Assembly (NCBI RefSeq): GCF_044372965.1
Contig: NZ_JBILQX010000001.1
Span: forward strand, 40,806 to 104,805
Length of the DNA: 64,000 nt
Reading direction: 5' to 3'
DNA from: Elstera sp.
GTDB taxonomy: Bacteria; Pseudomonadota; Alphaproteobacteria; Elsterales; Elsteraceae
Shown: in pieces, positions 54,794 through 62,756 of the stretch
Layout: every line of letters begins with the position of its first letter
Numbering within the stretch: position 1 is the first letter of the stretch
The notes under the pieces: generated by a model
Seen by the model: only the letters and a program-made list of their open reading frames with translations
Databases searched by the model: none
What the model was told of the DNA's origin: nothing
Position numbers and translations under genes: made by a program

Positions 54794-55513
54794 CTATCCT
54801 TTCACTCGAAGCGTGGACCGTCCGCCGTCCACTGCGAAAACCTGACCTGTGATCCATCCAGCCCGCTTAGGATCGAGCAAGAAAGCGGCAAGCTCAGCCA
54901 CCTCGTCGGCCTCGCCAAGCCGGGGGATTGGGTGCAAGGCTGCTATCCCTTTGGCCATTGCCTCATTCTTCGTAAAAGGTTCCGCCAGCGGCGTGCTGGT
55001 AAGGCTGGGGGCAATAGCATTCACCCGCAGTTTCGGCGCGAGTTCGGCGGCAAGCGACCGCGTGAGCCCTTCCACCGCCCCCTTGGCCATCGCAATAGCG
55101 GCATGATTGGCAAAGCCTTGCGCCACCGCCACGCTCGACACCAGCACTATACCCGCATCATGGTCTAAAAAAGGCTGGGCGGCTTGAACCGCCAGCGCTG
55201 CGCCGAGGGCGTTTAGCCGAAACGCCTCCAAGAAGTCCGCCTCGGTCAAGCGCGCCAGGGGCTTTAACGGGATGGAGCCAACCAGGTAGGCGAGCCCGGC
55301 AAGACCACCCGCGCCAAGCTGGCCGATAGCCGCTTTCAGCGCCGCAGTATCCATAACATCGGCAACGGCATAGGCAGCGCCCAACTCTTGCGCCAACGGG
55401 ACTAACGCCGCCTCTCGCCGCCCGATCAAGGCGACTGATTGGCCTTGCCGGTGCAAGTTCCGGGCAAGCGCCGCGCCAATCCCGCCAGGGCCAATAATCA
55501 AAATCGGGGCCAT
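54794..55513 (-). CDS. SDR-family oxidoreductase
   Basis: ILIIGPGGIGAALA nucleotide loop, SSVA, AMAKGAVEGL (YxxxK variant region). Confidence 0.85.
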   Translation of the reverse strand: MAPILIIGPGGIGAALARNLHRQGQSVALIGRREAALVPLAQELGAAYAVADVMDTAALKAAIGQLGAGGLAGLAYLVGSIPLKPLARLTEADFLEAFRLNALGAALAVQAAQPFLDHDAGIVLVSSVAVAQGFANHAAIAMAKGAVEGLTRSLAAELAPKLRVNAIAPSLTSTPLAEPFTKNEAMAKGIAALHPIPRLGEADEVAELAAFLLDPKRAGWITGQVFAVDGGRSTLRVKG

Positions 55514-55640
55514 GCTGCATCTCTCCTTGCTTTCTAAGTGTACGAGCCCGGCCCGGCCTTAGATCACTCGGCAGCCCCCCGCGATTAGCCGCTTGACAGG
55601 AAACGGCCCTGCTCCTAAAAACCACTCCTCGCTTTGGCGA

Positions 55641-55715
55641 GGGCGCTTAGCTCAGCGGTAGAGCACATCCTTCACACGGATGGGGTCACAGGTTCAATCC
55701 CTGTAGCGCCCACCA
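55641..55715 (+). tRNA. tRNA-Val (anticodon CAC), CCA encoded
   Basis: Hand-folded cloverleaf: acceptor GGGCGCT/AGCGCCC, D arm GCTC-AGCGGTA-GAGC, anticodon arm CATCC-TTCACAC-GGATG, variable loop GGGTC, T arm ACAGG-TTCAATC-CCTGT, then ACCA. Confidence 0.93.
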
Positions 55716-55719
55716 TTTT

Positions 55720-55756
55720 AAAAGCCTCCATCTTCATGAGATGGAAGGCTTTTTTA
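55720..55756 (+). terminator. Intrinsic terminator after tRNA-Val
   Basis: AAGCCTCCATCT / AGATGGA(A)GGCTT stem followed by TTTTT. Confidence 0.75.
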
Positions 55757-55866
55757 TTGATTGTAGGTTTCGCTGCGGCACCCCCGCGCAATTGCCACTG
55801 GTATCCCTCCCCGCGCCTGCCTATCTTGATGACGCTGTTAACAGGCAGGGTTCAAGGGAGAGAAGC

Positions 55867-58203
55867 ATGGGTCAGTTCGGCATGGGGCAGCCGGTTCGGC
55901 GGGTTGAAGATGCGCGTTTTCTGACCGGCGCGGGCCGCTATACGGATGATATTTCCCTGCCCAATCAAGCCTATGCCTTGGTGCTGCGCTCGCCTTACGC
56001 CCATGCCACCATCAGTAGCATTGATGCGAGCGATGCCCTGGCCATCCCCGGCGCGCTGGCGGTTCTGACGAGCGCGGATGTGAACGCGGCGGGCCTGAAG
56101 CCGATGATGACGCCGATCAAGCTGAAGAACCGCGACGGCTCGCCAATGGTGATGCTGCCGCGCCTGCTGCTGGCGGAAGGCAAAGTTCGCCATGTCGGCG
56201 ATGGCGTGGCGCTTATTGTCGCCGAAAACCTCGATGCCGCCCGCGATATGCTGGATGCGGTGATCGTGGATTACGACGATCATCCCGCCATCGTCGACAC
56301 CGCTGGCGCGGTCGCCCTGGATGCGGCGCAGGTTTATGCGGAAGCGCCGGGGAATATCTGCTTCGATTGGGGCTCGGGCCAGCCGGACGCGGTGGAAGCC
56401 GCCTTCGCCAAGGCCAGCAAAATCGCCCGACTGCGCCTGATCAACAACCGGCTGATTTCCCACGCGATGGAGCCGCGCAACGCGATTGGCGATGTGGATG
56501 CTGACGGGCGGTTGACGCTTTATACCAGCAGCCAGGGCGTGCATGACCTGCAAGAGGTCTTCGCCGATGAGGTCTTCGGCATTGGGCGCGAGAAGCTCCG
56601 CGTCGTCACCCCGGACGTCGGCGGCGGCTTCGGTACAAAGATTTTCCCCTACCCCGAACAGGCGCTAGTGCTGCTGGCGGCGCAAAAGCTGAACCGCCCG
56701 GTGAAATGGACCGGCGAGCGCTCCGATTCCTCGCAAGCCGACGCCCACGGCCGCGATAATGTGACCGAAGCCGCCCTTGCCCTCGATGCGGACGGCAAAT
56801 TCCTCGCTCTCTCGGTCGATACCATCGCCAATCTCGGCGGCTATATCTCGCCCTACGGGCCGTTCATCCCGACCCTGGCGGGCACGATGATGCTGACGGG
56901 CGTCTATGCGATTCCCGCCGCCTCGGTGCGCGTGCGCGGCGTCTTTACCCATACTGCCCCGGTCGATGCCTATCGCGGCGCGGGCCGCCCGGAAGCCGCT
57001 TATGTGATCGAACGGATGGTTGAGGAAGCGGCGCGCATCACCGGCCTGTCGTCGGCTGAAATCCGCCGCCGCAATTTCATTCCCGCCACCGCCATGCCGT
57101 TCAAAACCGCGCTGGGGCAAACCTACGACAGCGGCGACTTTAATCAAACGCTCGCCGAAGCGCTGAAAATCGCCGATGTTGCCGGGTTCGAAGCGCGTCG
57201 GATTGAGGCCAAAGCGCGCGGCAAACTGCGCGGGCTCGGCCTGTCCTCCTATATCGAAGCCTGCGCGGGCGGCAGCCCCGAGGATGCGCGGCTGGTGATG
57301 GATGACGCGGGTAAAGTGACGCTCTTCATCGGCACTCAATCTAACGGCCAGGGCCATGCCACCGCCTACGGGCAGTTGGCCGCCGATGGGCTCGGTATCG
57401 ATATCGCCGATATCCAGATGGTCCAGGGCGATACCGACCGGGTGCGCACCGGCGGCGGCACGGGCGGGTCGCGCTCGGTGCCCATTGGCGGCGTTGCCGT
57501 CACCAAAGCCGTTGAAGCCCTGATCGAAAAAGGCAAGCGCCTCGCCTCCCATCTGCTCGAAGCTGCCCCTGCCGATGTGGAGTTTTCGAGCGGCAGCTTT
57601 ACCATCGTCGGGACTGACCGGCGCGTCGGGCTGGCAGAAGTGGCGGCCCAAGCGAAAGCGGGCAAGGTGCCCGAGGGCGAAACGCCGGAACTGGACGGGG
57701 ACGGGCGCTGGAAGCCGCCTGCCGCCACCTATCCGAACGGCACGCACGTCGTTGAGTTGGAAATCGATCCCGACACCGGCGGCGTCACGCTGGAGCGTTA
57801 CGTCGTCGTCGATGATTTCGGCGCAGTGGTGAACCCGCTGATGCTGGCGGGCCAAGTCCACGGCGGCATCGCCCAGGGCGCAGGGCAAGCTCTGATCGAA
57901 GAAGCCGCCTACGATCCCGAGTCGGGCCAGCTTATCACCGGTTCCTTCATGGATTACGGCATGCCGCGCGCCGATCTACTGCCGCAGATCGAGTTCCACT
58001 TGAAGAATGTTCCCTGCACCACTAATCCGCTTGGCATCAAGGGTGCGGGGGAAGCCGGGGCGATTGGCGCGCCGCCCGCCGTTATCAACGGGCTGCTGAA
58101 TGCGCTCAGCCCCCTCGGCATCACCCATATCGATATGCCCGCAACGCCCCATAAGCTCTGGCAGGCGATTCAAGCCGCGCAAACTCGGGCCGCTGCCGAA
58201 TGA
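55867..58203 (+). CDS. Xanthine dehydrogenase-family molybdopterin-binding subunit (CoxL / aldehyde oxidase large subunit-like)
   Basis: MGQPVRRVEDARFLTGAGRYTDDI N-terminus, GGGFG (VGGGFGTK) and the C-terminal GAGEAGAIGAPPAV motif. ATG at 55867 lies within the longer ORF. Confidence 0.9.
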   Translation: MGQFGMGQPVRRVEDARFLTGAGRYTDDISLPNQAYALVLRSPYAHATISSIDASDALAIPGALAVLTSADVNAAGLKPMMTPIKLKNRDGSPMVMLPRLLLAEGKVRHVGDGVALIVAENLDAARDMLDAVIVDYDDHPAIVDTAGAVALDAAQVYAEAPGNICFDWGSGQPDAVEAAFAKASKIARLRLINNRLISHAMEPRNAIGDVDADGRLTLYTSSQGVHDLQEVFADEVFGIGREKLRVVTPDVGGGFGTKIFPYPEQALVLLAAQKLNRPVKWTGERSDSSQADAHGRDNVTEAALALDADGKFLALSVDTIANLGGYISPYGPFIPTLAGTMMLTGVYAIPAASVRVRGVFTHTAPVDAYRGAGRPEAAYVIERMVEEAARITGLSSAEIRRRNFIPATAMPFKTALGQTYDSGDFNQTLAEALKIADVAGFEARRIEAKARGKLRGLGLSSYIEACAGGSPEDARLVMDDAGKVTLFIGTQSNGQGHATAYGQLAADGLGIDIADIQMVQGDTDRVRTGGGTGGSRSVPIGGVAVTKAVEALIEKGKRLASHLLEAAPADVEFSSGSFTIVGTDRRVGLAEVAAQAKAGKVPEGETPELDGDGRWKPPAATYPNGTHVVELEIDPDTGGVTLERYVVVDDFGAVVNPLMLAGQVHGGIAQGAGQALIEEAAYDPESGQLITGSFMDYGMPRADLLPQIEFHLKNVPCTTNPLGIKGAGEAGAIGAPPAVINGLLNALSPLGITHIDMPATPHKLWQAIQAAQTRAAAE

Positions 58204-58973
58204 TCGATCTCGAAACGGTGCGCGGGCTCATCCCCGGCTTGGAGCGGATTGTGACCGAGGCAGGGGATGCGATTTTGCCGCTCTATGCGAGCGGCTGCAC
58301 GATGACCCAAAAGGGCGACGGCTCCCCCGTGACCGAGGCCGATCACGCGGCGGAAGCCGTGCTGCTGGCGGGGCTCGAAGCGCTGACGCCGCATATCCCC
58401 ATCGTCTCGGAAGAACAGGTCGCCGCCGGTTTCTGCCCAGATTGTTCGGGCGGGCTCTGGTGGTGCGTCGATCCGCTCGACGGCACGAAGGAATTCGTGA
58501 ACCGAACCGGAGAATTTGCCGTCTCGGTTGGGCTGATTTCCGGCCTCTATCCGGTCTTAGGGGCGCTGCGCGTGCCGGTGCAGGGCATTACCTATTCCGG
58601 CGGCCTTGGCCTCGGCGCGTGGAAACAGGTCGGCGACGACCGCCAGCCAATCCACATGCGCGCCGCCCCCGCCGGGGCGTTGGTCGCCATGATCTCCCGT
58701 TCCCACCGCGATGGGGCCGCCGCCGATGTGGCGCTTGCCGAGCATGGTGTGACCAAGCAGGTAAGCTGCGGCAGTGCCTGGAAATTCGGCCTACTCGCGG
58801 AGGGGGCTGCGGATATTATGATCCGCTACGGGCGCACCTGCGAATGGGACACGGCGGGCGGGCAAGCGATCATCGAAGGCGCAGGCGGAAGGGTGACGGA
58901 TTTAGGCGGCACACGTCTCGCCTATGGCAAGCCGGAATTCGGCAATAGTCCGTTTCAGGTTCTGGCGGGGTAG
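58200..58973 (+). CDS. cysQ: 3'(2'),5'-bisphosphate nucleotidase CysQ (inositol monophosphatase fold)
   Basis: SPVTEADHAAE, WCVDPLDGTKEF and EWDTAGGQAI motifs. Confidence 0.88.
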   Translation: MIDLETVRGLIPGLERIVTEAGDAILPLYASGCTMTQKGDGSPVTEADHAAEAVLLAGLEALTPHIPIVSEEQVAAGFCPDCSGGLWWCVDPLDGTKEFVNRTGEFAVSVGLISGLYPVLGALRVPVQGITYSGGLGLGAWKQVGDDRQPIHMRAAPAGALVAMISRSHRDGAAADVALAEHGVTKQVSCGSAWKFGLLAEGAADIMIRYGRTCEWDTAGGQAIIEGAGGRVTDLGGTRLAYGKPEFGNSPFQVLAG

Positions 58974-58979
58974 AGGGGC

Positions 58980-59309
58980 TTACTCGAATAAATCGGCATG
59001 GGTTCCTGCTCGCACAAAAACGATGCTATCGCCATCGACTTGATACAGCAGCAAAAAATCGCCACCGATATGACATTCCCGATAGTCCGCCCACTCGCCC
59101 TTCAGCGGATGATCGAGCCATTCCGGGCCTAAAGGTGCGTCATCCGCAATCAACATCAGCATGACCGCTTTAAGCTGCGGCATGTCGTAACGCCCCGAGC
59201 GCGAGAGGCGCAGCCAATCCTTAACAAAGCTTTTGGCGTAATCGACCGTGCGCGGCAGCGAAGCCTGCTTACTCTTTGCGGGCTTCTTGATCGAGGGCAT
59301 CAAAGACAT
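58980..59309 (-). CDS. yafQ: Type II toxin, YafQ family (RelE/ParE superfamily)
   Basis: DHPLKGEWADYRECHIGGDFLLLYQVDGDSIVFVRAGTHADLF parallels E. coli YafQ (DHPLQGSWKGYRDAHVEPDWILIYK...RTGTHAALF). The exact start is uncertain because it overlaps the dinJ 3' end. Confidence 0.85.
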   Translation of the reverse strand: MSLMPSIKKPAKSKQASLPRTVDYAKSFVKDWLRLSRSGRYDMPQLKAVMLMLIADDAPLGPEWLDHPLKGEWADYRECHIGGDFLLLYQVDGDSIVFVRAGTHADLFE

Positions 59310-59550
59310 CCTGAGCCTTGATAAAACGTGCCCGACGGGCTCGCAAGATTGCCCGCGACTCGGTCATTGCCGCGCGCGTTTCGGCGTTCGGCACCGTTAG
59401 ATCGAAGGGTAGCGCCTTATCCTTGGCTATGCGGGTCAAGGTGATGCGGACGATATCGGAAACCGTCAGCCCCATTTCCGCTAAAACGGCAGCGGCCTCG
59501 TCCTTCAGACCTTCATCAATACGCGCGCGCACGAAAGCATTAGAAGCCAT
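59269..59550 (-). CDS. dinJ: Type II antitoxin, RelB/DinJ family
   Basis: MASNAFVRARIDEGLKDEAAAVLAEMGLTVSDIVRITLTRIAKDKALPFDL (ribbon-helix-helix). ATG at 59550. Confidence 0.85.
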   Translation of the reverse strand: MASNAFVRARIDEGLKDEAAAVLAEMGLTVSDIVRITLTRIAKDKALPFDLTVPNAETRAAMTESRAILRARRARFIKAQDVFDALDQEARKE

Positions 59551-59575
59551 AACTACCTCCCTTCTAATACGCTCT

Positions 59576-59597
59576 TTGTAGCTCAAATGAGCTACAA
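59576..59597. promoter_or_regulatory. Perfect 10+10 palindrome upstream of dinJ (candidate TA operator)
   Basis: TTGTAGCTCA-AA-TGAGCTACAA, 26-47 nt upstream of the dinJ ATG. Confidence 0.5.
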
Positions 59598-59611
59598 ATT
59601 CAAAGCGCCCT

Positions 59612-60244
59612 TCAAGCTTTCGTTGGGTAGACCGACCCCGCCAAGGCCGCAATTTCCTGCGCCGCCACACCAGACGGTTCAAACTCGGAAATCCCCAAGC
59701 CCGCTGCGAGGGACGCCGCCAGCGCGGTGCGATTGCCGATGCGAAAGGCCGACAGAGGCAAACCTTGCCGCTCGGCTTCGTCGGCCACCTCCTGCGCCGC
59801 CTTGCCGCGCGGTGGTACCCGGTTGAGGACCAGTTGGGCCGGGCGCTTTTCCTCGGCGGCGAGATCGAGGGTGGCTTTCGTTGCCCACAAATCGAGCACG
59901 CTCGGTTGCAGCGGAATCAAGACCTGATGGGCGGCGCGCACAGCAATACGGGCTTCCGTGGCCGCGTGCGGCGGGCTATCGATCAACACAATGTCATAGG
60001 TTTTGGCGAGACGCTCCACCTCCCCCGCCGTGCGCCAGCCGGTGACGGGCAGCACGAAGGGCGCAGGCCGCCCTTGCTTCTCGGCGCGGAGCTTCGCCCA
60101 CTGCGTCACCGAGCCTTGCGGATCGATATCGGCGACGGCGACGCTGAGACCTTGCGCGCTCCAGAAGGTAGCGAGATGGACGATGAGGGTGGTTTTTCCC
60201 GCGCCGCCTTTTTGCTGAGCAATGGTGATAATTTTAGCCGTCAT
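59612..60244 (-). CDS. ParA-family ATPase (orphan, no parB adjacent)
   Basis: KIITIAQQKGGAGKTTLIVHLA deviant Walker A and DIVLIDSPP Walker B. ATG at 60244 lies within the longer ORF. Confidence 0.85.
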   Translation of the reverse strand: MTAKIITIAQQKGGAGKTTLIVHLATFWSAQGLSVAVADIDPQGSVTQWAKLRAEKQGRPAPFVLPVTGWRTAGEVERLAKTYDIVLIDSPPHAATEARIAVRAAHQVLIPLQPSVLDLWATKATLDLAAEEKRPAQLVLNRVPPRGKAAQEVADEAERQGLPLSAFRIGNRTALAASLAAGLGISEFEPSGVAAQEIAALAGSVYPTKA

Positions 60245-60366
60245 ACGGATATGATGACGCTCTCCGGCGCGGGCTGGCAAGGGCTGCGTGCGGTGCAAGC
60301 GCGCAAGCGCAAGAAAACCCATCGCATCGCTTGACCCACGGGGGCTAGAACGGCACGGTTGCCGCC

Positions 60367-61335
60367 ATGCCCATTCTGTCCGCCACCGCTGCCACCATCG
60401 CCGAAGCCGCGCGCCACCTCCGTTCTGGGGGGTTGGTCGCCTTTCCGACCGAGACCGTCTACGGGCTGGGGGCCGATGCGACCCAGGATAAGGCTGTGGC
60501 TGCGATTTACGAGCTGAAAAGCCGCCCCAGTTTCAACCCGCTCATAGCCCATGTCGCGGATTTGGAAACGGCGGAGCGCTATGCGATCTTCGATACCCGC
60601 GCCCGCTACCTCGCCCGCCGCCTGTGGCCCGGTGCGCTGACCCTGGTTTTGCCGCGCAACCCGAAAGCGCCGATTTCGGATCTCGTGACGGCGGGCCTGC
60701 CGACCCTGGCGATCCGGGTGCCCGACCATCCCGTCGCCTTGCAGCTTTTGCAGGCGCTGGGCCGCCCGGTCGCCGCCCCCTCCGCCAACCGCTCCGGCAA
60801 AGTCAGCCCGACCACTGCGGCCCATGTGGAGGAAGAATTCGGCGCGCGCCTTGCTATGATTCTCGACGGCGGGGCGACGCGCGTGGGGCTCGAATCGACC
60901 GTGCTTGATCTTACCAGCGACCGCCCCGTGCTGCTGCGCCCCGGCGGCGTGACGCGTGAGACGCTGGAAGCCTCGCTGGGGGAAATCGATGTCGCTGCCG
61001 AGGGCCAACCCGACGGCCCGAAAAGCCCCGGCATGCTGCTGAGCCATTACGCCCCCCGCCTGCCCGTTCGCCTGACCTGCGACGATCCACAGCCCGGCGA
61101 AGCGCTCCTAGCCTTCGGCCCGGATGTGCCGGAAGGGTTTGCCCTGGTCGAAAACCTGTCCCCCAGTGGAAACCCCGTGGAAGCCGCGACCAATCTGTTC
61201 GCCGCCCTGCGCCGCTTGGATCAGCCGGAGTTGACAGGCATCGCCGTGATGCCAATTCCCTCGCAGGGCCTCGGCCTTGCCCTTCAAGACCGGCTGCGCC
61301 GCGCCGCCAGCCCTCGCTCATCTTCTGGAGTTTGA
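60367..61335 (+). CDS. L-threonylcarbamoyladenylate synthase (YrdC + Sua5 domains)
   Basis: GGLVAFPTETVYGLGADA...FNPLIAHV...PSANRSGKVSPT, plus the C-terminal Sua5 extension. Confidence 0.9.
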   Translation: MPILSATAATIAEAARHLRSGGLVAFPTETVYGLGADATQDKAVAAIYELKSRPSFNPLIAHVADLETAERYAIFDTRARYLARRLWPGALTLVLPRNPKAPISDLVTAGLPTLAIRVPDHPVALQLLQALGRPVAAPSANRSGKVSPTTAAHVEEEFGARLAMILDGGATRVGLESTVLDLTSDRPVLLRPGGVTRETLEASLGEIDVAAEGQPDGPKSPGMLLSHYAPRLPVRLTCDDPQPGEALLAFGPDVPEGFALVENLSPSGNPVEAATNLFAALRRLDQPELTGIAVMPIPSQGLGLALQDRLRRAASPRSSSGV

Positions 61336-62756
61336 GACCGATCATGCCGACCGAGGCCGTTCTTTCCCGCCTGCACGAAATCCTCGGCCCGAAGGGCGTG
61401 ATCGTCGATCCCGCCCTGTTGGAACCGCATCTGGTGGAGTGGCGCGGCCTCTATCGCGGCACCGCCCGCGTGGTCGTCAAACCGGCCAATACCGAAGAAG
61501 TCGCCGCCGTGGTGAAGCTTTGTGCCGAAACCCGCACGCCTATCGTGCCGCAAGGGGGCAATACCGGCCTCGTTGGCGGGGCGGTTGCCGATGAGAAGGC
61601 GATTATCCTGTCGCTCGCCCGGATGAACAAAGTCCGTGCACTCGATAAATCGGCCTATACGCTCACCGTGGAAGCGGGCGTGGTGCTAGCCGATGTGCAG
61701 AAAGCGGCAGAAGAGGCCGACCGGCTGTTTCCCCTAAGCCTTGCGGCCGAAGGCTCCTGCCAGATCGGCGGCAATCTCTCCACCAATGCCGGCGGGACCG
61801 CCGTTTTGCGCTACGGCAATAGCCGCGATTTGGTGCTGGGGCTGGAAGTGGTGCTGCCAAACGGCGAAATCATCCACGGGCTGCACGGTTTGCGCAAAGA
61901 CAATACCGGCTATGACCTGCGACACCTGTTCTTAGGCGCGGAAGGCACGCTGGGGATCATCACGGCGGCAGTGCTGAAGCTGTTCCCGCGCCCGCGCGAT
62001 ATTGCCACCGCCTTCGTTGCCGTCGAGAACCCGCAAGCCGCTATCGATACGCTGGCGCTGTTGCGCGAAAGCTCCGGCGATACGGTGACGATGTTCGAGT
62101 TGATGAGCCGTTTTTCCATCGAAACCGTGCTTCGCCACGTTCCTGGCACTGCCGACCCGGTGGAAACCTTGAGCGCCTGGTACGCGCTGATCGAGCTTTC
62201 CTCCCCGCGCGCCGGGGGCGATTTGCAGTCGGCGCTGGAAGAAGGCTTAGGCGCTGCGATGGAGAACGGCTGGGTGACGGACGCCGCCATTGCCCAGAAC
62301 GACAGCCAGCGCGCCGCCTTCCGCCGCATCCGCGAGGAAATTTCGGACGCGCAAAAGCACGAGGGCGGCAGCATCAAACACGATATTTCCGTGCCCCTTG
62401 CCGCCATTCCGGCCTTTCTGGAGCGGGCCGACGCCGCCATCGAAAAACTGATCCCCGGAACCCGCCCTTGCAGTTTTGGGCATGCCGGAGACGGAAACTT
62501 ACACTATAATCTTTCCCAGCCGGTCGGGGCCGACCGGGAGGCCTATTTGCAGCAGTGGGAGGCGGCGAACCGGGTTGTGCATGATATCGTCCAGGACTTG
62601 GGCGGATCGTTCAGCGCCGAACATGGGATCGGCACGCTGAAGGTGCACGAGCTTGAACATTATAAATCGCCCGCCGCTCTTGAGGCGATGCGCCAAATCA
62701 AACGGGCCTTAGACCCGTATGCAATCATGAATCCAGGGAAGGTAATCGCGTCATGA
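61332..62756 (+). CDS. FAD-binding oxidoreductase (GlcD / D-2-hydroxyacid dehydrogenase-like)
   Basis: PQGGNTGLVGGAV FAD-binding PCMH motif, and C-terminal GGSFSAEHGIGTLK...LDPYAIMNPGK. Confidence 0.88.
   Translation: MRPIMPTEAVLSRLHEILGPKGVIVDPALLEPHLVEWRGLYRGTARVVVKPANTEEVAAVVKLCAETRTPIVPQGGNTGLVGGAVADEKAIILSLARMNKVRALDKSAYTLTVEAGVVLADVQKAAEEADRLFPLSLAAEGSCQIGGNLSTNAGGTAVLRYGNSRDLVLGLEVVLPNGEIIHGLHGLRKDNTGYDLRHLFLGAEGTLGIITAAVLKLFPRPRDIATAFVAVENPQAAIDTLALLRESSGDTVTMFELMSRFSIETVLRHVPGTADPVETLSAWYALIELSSPRAGGDLQSALEEGLGAAMENGWVTDAAIAQNDSQRAAFRRIREEISDAQKHEGGSIKHDISVPLAAIPAFLERADAAIEKLIPGTRPCSFGHAGDGNLHYNLSQPVGADREAYLQQWEAANRVVHDIVQDLGGSFSAEHGIGTLKVHELEHYKSPAALEAMRQIKRALDPYAIMNPGKVIAS

Noticed and set aside
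55634-55924. 96-aa + strand ORF starting at TTG 55634
   Set aside because: Its first 27 codons are the tRNA-Val gene and its terminator. The real CoxL-like gene starts at the ATG at 55867 in a different reading context.
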